Assembly: GCA_048882385.1 (NCBI GenBank)
Contig: JBHLRQ010000024.1
Span: 14,075-36,901, forward strand
DNA from: Candidatus Thorarchaeota archaeon
GTDB taxonomy: Archaea; Asgardarchaeota; Thorarchaeia; Thorarchaeales; Thorarchaeaceae
Reading direction: 5' to 3'
DNA: 22,827 bases
In this document: piece by piece, positions 1-8,556 of the stretch
How positions within the stretch are numbered: the stretch's first letter is position 1
How the letters are laid out: every line of letters begins with the position of its first letter
Program-made: the position numbers and the translations under genes
The notes under the pieces: model-generated
Databases searched by the model: none
Seen by the model: only the letters and a program-made list of their open reading frames with translations
What the model was told of the DNA's origin: nothing

Positions 1-1
1 C

Positions 2-1150
2 GAAGGGCTTGATATTGAGCCAACAGTATGCGCGAGGTGTGGTTTCTGCACCTTTGTGTGTCCAGCATATCTGGATACCTTATGGGATTCTCAGTCACCT
101 AGAGGAAAATTGTTCCAATTGAGGTCACTCATCAAAGAGAACAAGCCAATCCCAAAGGATTTTGCAGAAAGAATCTTCTACTGCACATTATGCGGTGCTT
201 GTCAAGAAATTTGTCAAACAAACATACCTCTTCTAAGATTTTGGCAACTCACAAGACAAGAGATTGGAGAACTCAATCAATGGCCCGAGATTGTGAACTA
301 CATTGATGATTCTCTTCAACAATCGCAGAATATTATGGAAATGGACCAGGCTGACAGAACGCTATGGACAGACATGGTAGATGATCTTGTTGAAGACAAA
401 ATTGGCATAGAGGCAGAGGTTGCTTATTTTGCAGGATGCAACATCTCATTCAAAGGAACTCTTGCACATATGGGTGAAAACACAATCAAGATTATGGATG
501 CAGCTGGAGTTGATTTCACTATTCTTGGTGATGACGAATTCTGTTGTGGAAACCCATACTTTGTAGCAGGCGGCTTTGAAAAAGGAAAAGAACTTGCTAT
601 GCACAATCTAAGATCTCTCAAGAATCTTGGCGTTAAGACTGTTGTATTCAATTGCCCAGGATGTCATCGGGCATTCGCAGAAGAATACCCGCACCTTCTA
701 GGAAAGGAAGCTGTTGAAGGACTTGAATTCCTTCCATTTTCAGAGTTTGTTCTTAGACTACTAAAAGAAGGCAAAATCAAATTCAACAAGGAATACTCTG
801 AAGAGGTAGTATGGCATGACCCATGCGAACTCGGAAGACATCAGAATATCTACAATCCAGCACGTGAGGTTCTGAATTCTATTCCAGGTCTCAAATTAAA
901 AGAGATGAAACACAATCGAAACAAAGCTAGATGCTGCGGAGGTGGAGGGCTGCTAAAAGGAACATATCCTGTTGCATCAGTCAGAGTTTCAGCTAGACGA
1001 ATTGAGGAAGCAGAAAAGACTGGGGCTTCCATTCTATCTAGTGAGTGTCCCTCGTGTACCATGTCCCTGAATGATGGTATCGAGAACCGTGAATCAAAAA
1101 TCAAATTCAAAGACCTGTCCCAAATTGTAGCGGAGGCGTTGGGTCTATAG
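2..1150 (+). CDS. (Fe-S)-binding protein, HdrD/GlcF/GlpC-like (2x 4Fe-4S ferredoxin motifs + 2 CCG domains); 5'-partial
   Basis: The frame is open from base 2 (EGLDIEPTVCARCGFCTFVCP), so the track's start at 56 cuts a CxxCxxCxxxCP motif. Second motif CTLCGACQEIC. CCG domains YFAGC..CCGNP..CPGC and HDPC..CCGGGG..CPSC. Confidence 0.9.
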   Translation, partial: EGLDIEPTVCARCGFCTFVCPAYLDTLWDSQSPRGKLFQLRSLIKENKPIPKDFAERIFYCTLCGACQEICQTNIPLLRFWQLTRQEIGELNQWPEIVNYIDDSLQQSQNIMEMDQADRTLWTDMVDDLVEDKIGIEAEVAYFAGCNISFKGTLAHMGENTIKIMDAAGVDFTILGDDEFCCGNPYFVAGGFEKGKELAMHNLRSLKNLGVKTVVFNCPGCHRAFAEEYPHLLGKEAVEGLEFLPFSEFVLRLLKEGKIKFNKEYSEEVVWHDPCELGRHQNIYNPAREVLNSIPGLKLKEMKHNRNKARCCGGGGLLKGTYPVASVRVSARRIEEAEKTGASILSSECPSCTMSLNDGIENRESKIKFKDLSQIVAEALGL

Positions 1151-1162
1151 GTGGTTATAGAT

Positions 1163-2884
1163 ATGATTAGAAACAAACATCTACAAAATCTGGCTGACAT
1201 AGTGGGTGAGGACTACTTCTCTTCCGAAGCATATATGATTAAACTCTACTCACATGATATCGCGGCTTTGCCAGGGATAGTCAATGATGTTCTAAATCCA
1301 AATGCCGATGCTGTAGCTCAACCAACGACTTCTGAAATCGTTTCAAATCTCTTGAAATACTGTAAACAGAATCAAATTCCAGTAGTTCCAAGAGGACATG
1401 GAACTAGCGGCTATGGAGGTGCACTACCTACCCGCGGAGGACTTGTCCTTGAAATGACTAGAATGAATAAGATATACAACATCGATAAACAAAACATGAC
1501 TGTCGAGGTGGGCTCAGGTATTATCTGGGGAAAGCTGATAGAAGAACTTGAAGATGAAGGTCTGACTGTAGCTGCTTATCCCTCGAGTGCACCATCCAGT
1601 ACTGTTGGCGGATGGGTAGCGGCTGGTGGAAGCGGTATTGGAAGTACAAAATATGGGGGTATTGCAGAACAAGTAGTAGACCTTGAAGTTGTTCTTCCGG
1701 ATGGAGAAATAATCAGATCAAAAGATACTTCTGAGGAATTCTTGAAACCTAAAACAGGAAGTCGAGTTTTCAAAGGGAGTGACAGCTTCTACGCTGACGT
1801 GAGCGAAAGTATTCCTTATTCTTCAGAATCAACACAGTTATTTGTGGATAGTAATGGAACACTCGGAGTCATAACGAAAGTTGTCTTGAAAATCATACCA
1901 CTGAGACATATTCGACCTACGACCTCATCTTTTCGAAGTCAAAATCTAATGGTAGCAGCTCTTCAAGATATTCTGGAAGCGACAAGACCATTCTATTTGC
2001 ATTTCATCACGGATAGGTTTACGCAGATGCTCAAAGAGGTTGATCAAGCCCCACCAACTGGTGGAGAATTCATAATCTCTTGTGCATTTGAAGGAACAGA
2101 TGATGAAATAGAAGCTGAAATTGAGAAGCTCAAACATATTGTAAGTAGACATAGTGGTGCGCTCGAATCGAGGGAGGTTGCTGAGCACGAATGGGCAGAA
2201 CGGTTTTACCCCATGAGGATTAAACGTCTGGGTCCCAGTCTAGCACCTTCGGAAGTTTATGTCCCGTTGGAAAATTTGGACGGCTATCTGAATCATATGA
2301 ATAAGCATTTCAAAAGTGAAGACTTCGCACTTGAGGGAGCCATCACAGATCGCGGAGAAGTTGCAGTACTTACATGGTTCCCTGACGATGAACGACGTCG
2401 GATTTCATTCCTGATGGGATGGTATCGCTCTCTTGATGTCATTAACATCGGTCTGAAACATGGAGGTAGAGCATATTCTATTGGTATGTGGAACGCTGCC
2501 CATTCAAGAAGTTTCTATGGGAAAGAGAATTACACGAAGATGTCAACTCTGAAACAGAAGACCGATAAGAAAGGATATCTAAACTCTCACAAAGTCTTTC
2601 CTGGACCCTTGGTGCTTAGCACGCGTATGAATTTACTTATCATGTTCGTTGCAGCGATAGTGGCACCCATCGTGATTTGGGTAGCTAGACTTTTGGTACC
2701 TTCTATATTCCTTGCGTATGTGCCGTGGATAATAGTAAACGACATTCCTAGTTTCCTAATCTGGGCAACCGTAGGGTTACTTGTAGGTTTCATTGTAACA
2801 GAATTTGCTAATCTAATACCAATAACAGTAGTGCTTTCTATAGGCACTCCATTCCTGAGATTGGGTAGGAGGATTTTCCACTAA
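1163..2884 (+). CDS. FAD-binding oxidoreductase (FAD_binding_4 + FAD-oxidase_C; GlcD/D-LDH/AGPS superfamily) with C-terminal transmembrane anchor
   Basis: PVVPRGHGTSGYGGA, PSSAPSSTVGGW, GTLGVITKVVLK and D..GYLN..K motifs, then about 80 largely hydrophobic residues. ATG at 1163 is preceded by AGGTGG. The ORF track starts at GTG 1151. Confidence 0.88.
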   Translation: MIRNKHLQNLADIVGEDYFSSEAYMIKLYSHDIAALPGIVNDVLNPNADAVAQPTTSEIVSNLLKYCKQNQIPVVPRGHGTSGYGGALPTRGGLVLEMTRMNKIYNIDKQNMTVEVGSGIIWGKLIEELEDEGLTVAAYPSSAPSSTVGGWVAAGGSGIGSTKYGGIAEQVVDLEVVLPDGEIIRSKDTSEEFLKPKTGSRVFKGSDSFYADVSESIPYSSESTQLFVDSNGTLGVITKVVLKIIPLRHIRPTTSSFRSQNLMVAALQDILEATRPFYLHFITDRFTQMLKEVDQAPPTGGEFIISCAFEGTDDEIEAEIEKLKHIVSRHSGALESREVAEHEWAERFYPMRIKRLGPSLAPSEVYVPLENLDGYLNHMNKHFKSEDFALEGAITDRGEVAVLTWFPDDERRRISFLMGWYRSLDVINIGLKHGGRAYSIGMWNAAHSRSFYGKENYTKMSTLKQKTDKKGYLNSHKVFPGPLVLSTRMNLLIMFVAAIVAPIVIWVARLLVPSIFLAYVPWIIVNDIPSFLIWATVGLLVGFIVTEFANLIPITVVLSIGTPFLRLGRRIFH

Positions 2885-2894
2885 AAAAGGAGGA

Positions 2895-3077
2895 GTGAAC
2901 TATATTGGTGGTGACAGAAGTCTGAACGTGATGGAGAAATCAAAGAATTTCTCAATTTGTGGGGCAACAGAGGACCATTCAGTAATATTTCATTCCGTTT
3001 CATATTACATGAACATGGAGATTCTTGATTTGATTTCTGGAGAGAAAACATGGCTCAATAAAACTGGAGGCGTCTAA
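2895..3077 (+). CDS. possible small hypothetical protein (48-60 aa)
   Basis: Fills the gap between two operon genes and its stop abuts the next TTG. No recognisable motif, so it may be non-coding. Confidence 0.25.
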   Translation: MNYIGGDRSLNVMEKSKNFSICGATEDHSVIFHSVSYYMNMEILDLISGEKTWLNKTGGV

Positions 3078-3488
3078 TTGACAACAAATTTACTAATTAA
3101 TCAGTTTCAAGCAATGCAAATCGATAACTTTCACATGACCATTTGGCTGGGGCTCCCAGCTCTGATTCTCTTGTACATTGGAACTGCGTTGTATTATATT
3201 TCGCAGGAGAAGTATACGTTTATACATGGTCTGTGTGCGGGTCTTGCACTTTTACTGACAACAATCAATATTGTAGCAATTCTACCCCTAACAGATACGG
3301 TTCTAAGGACGGGTGGAGCTGACTTATTTCATTTGATTCATATTGGTTTGGGAATCATAGGATATCTTGCAGGGATTGGAGCCTTTCTTACTGGAATATC
3401 AGGTATTCGAACTCATATTCCAGGACTTACTGCAGCTACTTGTTGGACTATTGTGTTTGTAATGGGCTATATCCAGTTTATTGCATAG
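3078..3488 (+). CDS. small 4-TM membrane protein, putative di-heme cytochrome b (cytochrome b561-like)
   Basis: GGAGG lies 7 nt before TTG. Four hydrophobic segments each open with a His: H19 (NFHM), H50 (FIHG), H88 (IHIGLG), H113 (THIPG). The CDS is well supported; the function is inferred. Confidence 0.65.
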   Translation: MTTNLLINQFQAMQIDNFHMTIWLGLPALILLYIGTALYYISQEKYTFIHGLCAGLALLLTTINIVAILPLTDTVLRTGGADLFHLIHIGLGIIGYLAGIGAFLTGISGIRTHIPGLTAATCWTIVFVMGYIQFIA

Positions 3489-3502
3489 GAGAGAGAAGAG
3501 AG

Positions 3503-4981
3503 ATGACTACGACAGAAGAAATCAAAGAGTTGGCTGATGTTTCTTGGATAAGTGATCTCACTGCAGAGAGACTGTCAGCAAGCGGAGATACGACAGGGAT
3601 TCCTTACTATCACTATAGGTGGAAAAAGAAATGGTTGGCTGATTATGTCGCATGGCCTGAAACAAGTAATCAAGTTGCATCTATCATGAATTTAGCTACT
3701 AAGAAGAAAATCCCAGTTATTCCTAGAGGTGGAGGAACCTGTTATTATGGATCTGCAAGTCCAACAAGAGGCGGTATTGTTCTGGACACTAAAAGAATGG
3801 ACCGAATAGTAGAGGTCAACAAGGAGGAGAAATGGGTCCATGTTCAAGCTGGAGCGGTCTGGGAGGTTTTGAATAACGAGTTAGCCAAGGAAGGATTCGT
3901 ACTTCCTGTCGCACCACAGAGCGCAGTAGCATCTACACTTGCAGGGTGGCTTGCAATTGGTGGAAGGGCTGGAATTGGAACACCCAAGTTTGGCTCTATG
4001 ATAGATAATGTTCTTGAGATGGAAGTTGTAAGACCAAATGGAAGTATAGAAACAGTCACAGGAGAGGACATGTTATCATTCTATGGGACATCAGGAATAG
4101 CAGGGACTGTAAGTTCTATGAAAATGAGAATAATCCCTATTCCTGAGATTATTGATGGAAGGATGTTTGCTTATCAGGAACTTGAGAAGGCAATTGATGC
4201 GGTGATTAGACTTAGCAAGACCAAAGTTCAACCAATCTATCTCCGCCTCACAGATCTTGAATATGAATGGCGCATTCAGGGGGGTTTACCCCCTAAGACG
4301 AAAGGTCTGTTCTTCGTGACTGTAACATACGGTGGGTCATCTGAGGAAGTCGAAGAGTCACTTAAGATTGCTCGAGGAATATTCGAAATTGCTGGAGGTT
4401 TGGAGATGCCTCACAGCTATTATCAAAGAAATTGGGATGACAGATACATCGTTGAAATGAAACTCAAACTTGAGGTACCAACTCTATCTATGCAGAATTT
4501 TTGGGTGCCATTAGATCATGTTGAGCCTATCGTGAGAAAAATGTACAAGATAGCACACAACTATCGAATTAACTCCTGTTTCTATCTGGTGCTTGGAGGA
4601 AATGCGAAGGCTCGACTTTGTGTGTTTGCGCCTTCAGATCACAGACATTGGATGCACTTCATGTCAGGCAAAGCAATGTTGCATAGGTTGGTCAAAACTA
4701 TGTATCGACTGGGTGATAAACTCTATACACTCGGCCTTCAAAATACAGTCTATGTAAAGAAGTTTCAACCTGAGGATTACAAACGATACAAACAGCTTCG
4801 GCAAGATTGGGATCCGAAGGGGATTATGAATCCAGACAAATTGACACATTGCAATATGTCATACACTAGGATGAACCTGATGTTTACTATGAACGGATAT
4901 TTCAGACGATTGCAATCTATCCTTAGACGAGCGAAGAATATCTTAGAAATTCCAGTTGCATATCAGGAGGGACCTATCTAA
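3503..4981 (+). CDS. second FAD-binding oxidoreductase (GlcD/AGPS superfamily), soluble paralog
   Basis: PVIPRGGGTCYYGSA, PQSAVASTLAGW and DPKGIMNPDK motifs. ATG at 3503 follows a purine-rich SD. The track start (3440) overlaps the upstream gene. Confidence 0.88.
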   Translation: MTTTEEIKELADVSWISDLTAERLSASGDTTGIPYYHYRWKKKWLADYVAWPETSNQVASIMNLATKKKIPVIPRGGGTCYYGSASPTRGGIVLDTKRMDRIVEVNKEEKWVHVQAGAVWEVLNNELAKEGFVLPVAPQSAVASTLAGWLAIGGRAGIGTPKFGSMIDNVLEMEVVRPNGSIETVTGEDMLSFYGTSGIAGTVSSMKMRIIPIPEIIDGRMFAYQELEKAIDAVIRLSKTKVQPIYLRLTDLEYEWRIQGGLPPKTKGLFFVTVTYGGSSEEVEESLKIARGIFEIAGGLEMPHSYYQRNWDDRYIVEMKLKLEVPTLSMQNFWVPLDHVEPIVRKMYKIAHNYRINSCFYLVLGGNAKARLCVFAPSDHRHWMHFMSGKAMLHRLVKTMYRLGDKLYTLGLQNTVYVKKFQPEDYKRYKQLRQDWDPKGIMNPDKLTHCNMSYTRMNLMFTMNGYFRRLQSILRRAKNILEIPVAYQEGPI

Positions 4982-6198
4982 TGAGGAGATTTTTCACACC
5001 TGAACTTGATGTTGATCCAGATCAGATTGTCTTGTGCAGTAATTGTTCAACATGTAGATGGACATGTACAAGCTATGAGGAATTCCAATCAGAAGCAATG
5101 TTTGCAGGAGGCAGACTTCGTCTCCTACGATCCTATGTTGAGAAGAACCTGCCTGTGGATGAGGGATTCGTCAGAGCTGTGTATGCATGCAGCACATGTG
5201 AACAGTGTGTTGAGAGATGTCCAATCAAAGTACCATATGTTAGAATAATTGAAAATGTGAGGAAGAAACTAGTACAATTGGGCAAGGGACCCTATGGAAA
5301 ATTGCATGTGATGGGAGACCTGGCATTCAAGCACAACAATGTCTTCGGTGAAAAACCGCAGGAAAGGGCTAGCTGGGTCAAACCAGATACGAGGATCTCT
5401 GAGGATTCTAATTGGGCATACTTTGTGGGATGTACCGCGTCCTACAAAAGACCAGAGATAGCAGATGCGACCTTGCGAATGCTCAACTACTTCGATATAG
5501 AACCTCAGATTCTGGGAGCTGATGAGGTCTGTTGTACAAGTCCACTGATAAGAACAGGACAGGTTGTCAGACCAATCTATGAAGAATCAGAGGATGGAGA
5601 AAAAGATCTACTTGGAAATTTAGAGGTAGAGAAGTTCATTCTCCATAATGTGGAACAGATGAAAAAACGAGGTATTGAACATGTAATATTCTCATGCTCG
5701 GGATGCTACCGAACGACAACTCTCGATTGGCCACAATACTATCGAGAAAGACATGGAATTCTACCTTTTTCGACTCAACATCTAACACAGTTTCTTGCAC
5801 TTAAGCTAAAGAAGGGAGAGCTGAAGTGGAAAGGAAGCTATCCAGAAACCGTGACATATCATGACCCTTGTCACTTGGGACGTCACGTTGGAATATTCGA
5901 AGCACCAAGACAAGTCATTAAGAGTATTCCTGGAATCAACTTTGTCGAGATGGAAAGAAATCGGCAGAACTCTGTATGTTGTGGAGCTGGAGGTGGATTC
6001 AAAGCTGGATTTGGAGAAAATTCAGTAAACGTAGCGGCGAGAAGATTGCAGCAAGCCCTTGACACTGGTGCTACAAGCATCATTTCCTCTTGCGTATTCT
6101 GCAAACTGAATTTCTTAGATGCTGTCAAGAAAAAGGATATCGATATCAAGGTGCTCAACATCGAAGACCTTTTCATCAGTCTTATGGAACTTGATTAG
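4981..6198 (+). CDS. (Fe-S)-binding protein, HdrD/GlcF-like (2x 4Fe-4S + 2 CCG domains)
   Basis: CSNCSTCRWTC, CSTCEQCVERCP, FVGC..CCTSP..CSGC and HDPCHLGR..CCGAGGG..CVFC. TAATG overlap with the upstream gene, with GGAGG upstream. Confidence 0.92.
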   Translation: MRRFFTPELDVDPDQIVLCSNCSTCRWTCTSYEEFQSEAMFAGGRLRLLRSYVEKNLPVDEGFVRAVYACSTCEQCVERCPIKVPYVRIIENVRKKLVQLGKGPYGKLHVMGDLAFKHNNVFGEKPQERASWVKPDTRISEDSNWAYFVGCTASYKRPEIADATLRMLNYFDIEPQILGADEVCCTSPLIRTGQVVRPIYEESEDGEKDLLGNLEVEKFILHNVEQMKKRGIEHVIFSCSGCYRTTTLDWPQYYRERHGILPFSTQHLTQFLALKLKKGELKWKGSYPETVTYHDPCHLGRHVGIFEAPRQVIKSIPGINFVEMERNRQNSVCCGAGGGFKAGFGENSVNVAARRLQQALDTGATSIISSCVFCKLNFLDAVKKKDIDIKVLNIEDLFISLMELD

Positions 6199-6211
6199 TA
6201 TTCAGAAGAAG

Positions 6212-6257
6212 TAATGTGAAAATGGATGCCAGTTGTTACTGTGCATCCATCACATTA
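6212..6257. terminator. long stem-loop (19 bp, two bulges) between the oxidoreductase cluster and ccmA; terminator/processing/stability element
   Basis: TAATGTG-(AAA)-ATGGATGC-CAGT-[TGTT]-ACTG-(T)-GCATCCAT-CACATTA; all pairs are Watson-Crick. Confidence 0.6.
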
Positions 6258-6288
6258 AATAGGGGAACCAAGAGGGTTCGAGAAGCCA

Positions 6289-6981
6289 GTGGGTGAACTG
6301 TTAGTGACAAAAGCAGTTGAAGCAAATGAGCTAACTCGACGATATGGATATCGTGTCGCTCTTAGAAAAGTTTCACTTGAGTATACAGTTGGTGGAATCC
6401 ATGGACTTTTTGGTGCTAACGGAGCTGGAAAGACAACTCTGATGAGGGTCATTTCCACTCTCTTGCGCCCTCATGGTGGATCCATCTCTGTCCTAGGTTT
6501 TGACCCACAAGAGGATCCAGAAGAAGTGAAAAAACGGTTTGGATTAGTTGGAGACAAACTGCTTCTCTATGAGGAACTTACTGGAATTGAGAATCTTCAG
6601 TTCTATGCCAAGCTATATGATTTGTCATCAGATTTCTTTGAAACCCAGGTGGAGGTGTTAGCCCCACGTTTTGCAATAAAATCCTGGCTGGAAGAACCAG
6701 TGAAGAATCTATCAACAGGACTTAAGAAAAGAATAGATATCGTGAGAAGTCTAATTCACAATCCTGAACTACTTCTTCTTGATGAACCATTCAGCGGATT
6801 GGACAAAGACACAACTGAGGACTTTTGGGAGTATCTTCAGGAGTATCGAAAATTGAGAACGACAATCGTGACAACGCATAATCTATCATTTGGTGCTGAA
6901 TTGTGCGATGATTTTGTCACGCTCAGAAAGGGTATAGTTGTTAGTCAAGGACCAATTTCTGAGTTTGATCAGACACTCTGA
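6289..6981 (+). CDS. ccmA: heme ABC exporter ATP-binding subunit CcmA
   Basis: Walker A GANGAGKTT, signature LSTG, Walker B LLLLDEPF, H-loop TTH; directly upstream of ccmB/ccmC. Confidence 0.85.
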   Translation: MGELLVTKAVEANELTRRYGYRVALRKVSLEYTVGGIHGLFGANGAGKTTLMRVISTLLRPHGGSISVLGFDPQEDPEEVKKRFGLVGDKLLLYEELTGIENLQFYAKLYDLSSDFFETQVEVLAPRFAIKSWLEEPVKNLSTGLKKRIDIVRSLIHNPELLLLDEPFSGLDKDTTEDFWEYLQEYRKLRTTIVTTHNLSFGAELCDDFVTLRKGIVVSQGPISEFDQTL

Positions 6982-6987
6982 GGTGGC

Positions 6988-7671
6988 ATGATGACATCAG
7001 GTTTCGGTGCAGCTCTGGCAATAGCAAAGAAAGACATTCTTACGCAATTTCGAAAGAAGTTCGAAGCATTTTCTATGTTCTTGTTTGCATTGATTGCAGT
7101 CCTAGCTTTCTCCTTTGCTTTGGTTTCAGATGAAGGTATTCCACAAGATGTTGGGAGTGCAATGTTGTGGGTGATCATATTCTTTACAGGTATGTTTGGA
7201 TTTGCACCAATTTTCCTATCAGAATCAGAAACAGGAACATTACGAGGTCTCGCAACAGCACCTATTCCAGCCTGGTCTGTTTACTTGGGAAAAGTGTTCT
7301 ATGGTTTCGTCTTGATGGGGATCGTGGAAATAGCGCTGGTACCAATAATCACAGTGCTATTCGGATTCTCATTTCAAAATGATATTCCACTTACAATAGC
7401 CACTCTTTTTGTTGGCACATTAGACCTAGCGGCAGTCGGATCTATGGCATCCGCACTCACCATGCCATCAGAATCAAAAGCAACAGTCTTCCCGCTTGTG
7501 TATTTTCCCACAGCAATTTCAGGGCTAATGTTGTTGATTGAAATTACAAAAATAATCGTGATTGGTCCAGGTCTGATTCCAGTTTTGTCAATCTTTGGAA
7601 TTCTCATCGCCCATCTTATAGCTATGTTGACACTATCTGCATCTGTGTTCCACTTTGCGCTTTCGCCATGA
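6988..7671 (+). CDS. ccmB: heme exporter membrane subunit CcmB
   Basis: About 6 TM segments; IAKKD.., LWVIIFF, F..E.E.GTL..L..AP and YLGK motifs; ccm context. Confidence 0.88.
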   Translation: MMTSGFGAALAIAKKDILTQFRKKFEAFSMFLFALIAVLAFSFALVSDEGIPQDVGSAMLWVIIFFTGMFGFAPIFLSESETGTLRGLATAPIPAWSVYLGKVFYGFVLMGIVEIALVPIITVLFGFSFQNDIPLTIATLFVGTLDLAAVGSMASALTMPSESKATVFPLVYFPTAISGLMLLIEITKIIVIGPGLIPVLSIFGILIAHLIAMLTLSASVFHFALSP

Positions 7672-7740
7672 AGCTATTGTTAATACAAAACCTTCATATT
7701 GTAAATAGTGAAGTGCCGCGGCAATTCGAGTTGAAAAGCC

Positions 7741-8409
7741 TTGAGCAATAGAAGATTGATAATCCTCGGAGTTACAGCAGCGATATCACTCCTCTATGTT
7801 TACATGACATGGATATTCGCTCCACCAGATATTCTACTTGGAGAGAATGTTCGCATCTTCTTTCAACATGTAGCCCCTGCTCTTGTAGCATACGGACTTT
7901 TTGGTGGAACATTGCTTTGCGGAGTGATGTATCTCTGGAAAGGAGATATGAAATATGACCTGCTTGGGGCTGTATCAATCAAGCTCGGTTTGTTGTTCAC
8001 AACCATAACCCTATTGAGTGGCATGATGTGGGCTGATGCAGCTTGGAATTCGCCTTGGAATTGGGATCCTAGAGAAACAACGACATTAATTCTATGGGTA
8101 GCTTATGCTTGTATTCTTGCATATCGTGCCTCTGTTAGTGACAGAGAATCGAGAGCACAGTTTGGTTCTATCTTTGGAATAGTTGCTTTCCCCATGGTGC
8201 TTCTAAGTTACCTATCAATTCGAATCTGGGAAACCCTTCATCCAATTGTCATTGAAACTACAGGTCTTCAAATGGAAGTTGAACACATGATGACTCTGTT
8301 AGTTGCAATGATTGCAGTCACCATGATTGCATTGATTTTGGTTGATCTATCATACAAAGTTGATTCAGCACATGAGAAGTTGATGAGAATAAGAATCGAA
8401 AGGAGTTAA
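7741..8409 (+). CDS. ccmC: cytochrome c biogenesis protein CcmC
   Basis: Trp-rich WWD motif GMMWADAAWNSPWNWDPRET; flanking heme-ligand His in RIFFQHV and TLHP. Confidence 0.93.
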   Translation: MSNRRLIILGVTAAISLLYVYMTWIFAPPDILLGENVRIFFQHVAPALVAYGLFGGTLLCGVMYLWKGDMKYDLLGAVSIKLGLLFTTITLLSGMMWADAAWNSPWNWDPRETTTLILWVAYACILAYRASVSDRESRAQFGSIFGIVAFPMVLLSYLSIRIWETLHPIVIETTGLQMEVEHMMTLLVAMIAVTMIALILVDLSYKVDSAHEKLMRIRIERS

Positions 8410-8413
8410 TGTA

Positions 8414-8554
8414 ATGCAGCAAGTCGAACTATTTGTTGTAGCCGTGATTTTCTGGGGTGGTATCTTCGCGTTCTTAGCATATCTTTTATTGAGAATGAGG
8501 GGAATTGAAAAACAACTCAAGATTGTAGAATCTCAGATTGATGGAGAGCAATAG
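8414..8554 (+). CDS. ccmD: CcmD-like small single-TM protein (46 aa; not in ORF track)
   Basis: Manual translation MQQVELFVVAVIFWGGIFAFLAYLLLRMRGIEKQLKIVESQIDGEQ: one TM plus a charged helical tail. AGGAG SD at 8401. It sits between ccmC and ccmE with 4- and 2-nt gaps. Confidence 0.78.
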   Translation: MQQVELFVVAVIFWGGIFAFLAYLLLRMRGIEKQLKIVESQIDGEQ

Positions 8555-8556
8555 AA

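Noticed and set aside
653-667. CPGCH (CxxCH) heme-c-like motif near the ccm genes
   Set aside because: It is the CxxC of a CCG Fe-S domain in a cytoplasmic-type protein, and the paralog has CSGCY there.
2905-2985. Frame with two in-frame TGA codons after a strong SD (possible selenoprotein)
   Set aside because: Only 26 codons to TAA, no resemblance to a selenoprotein family, and no SECIS-like element identified.
3440-3502. Cys-rich N-terminal extension on the second flavoprotein
   Set aside because: It overlaps the upstream gene in another frame, and ATG 3503 has an SD.
6212-6257. Hairpin as SECIS or bulge-helix-bulge intron motif
   Set aside because: It lacks the AUGA/GA or GAA/A core, its geometry is 3-8-1 rather than 3-4-3, and nearby genes have no in-frame TGA.
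7692-7723. Weak hairpin and TGCCGCGGCA palindrome between ccmB and ccmC
   Set aside because: Too short to distinguish from chance without comparative data.
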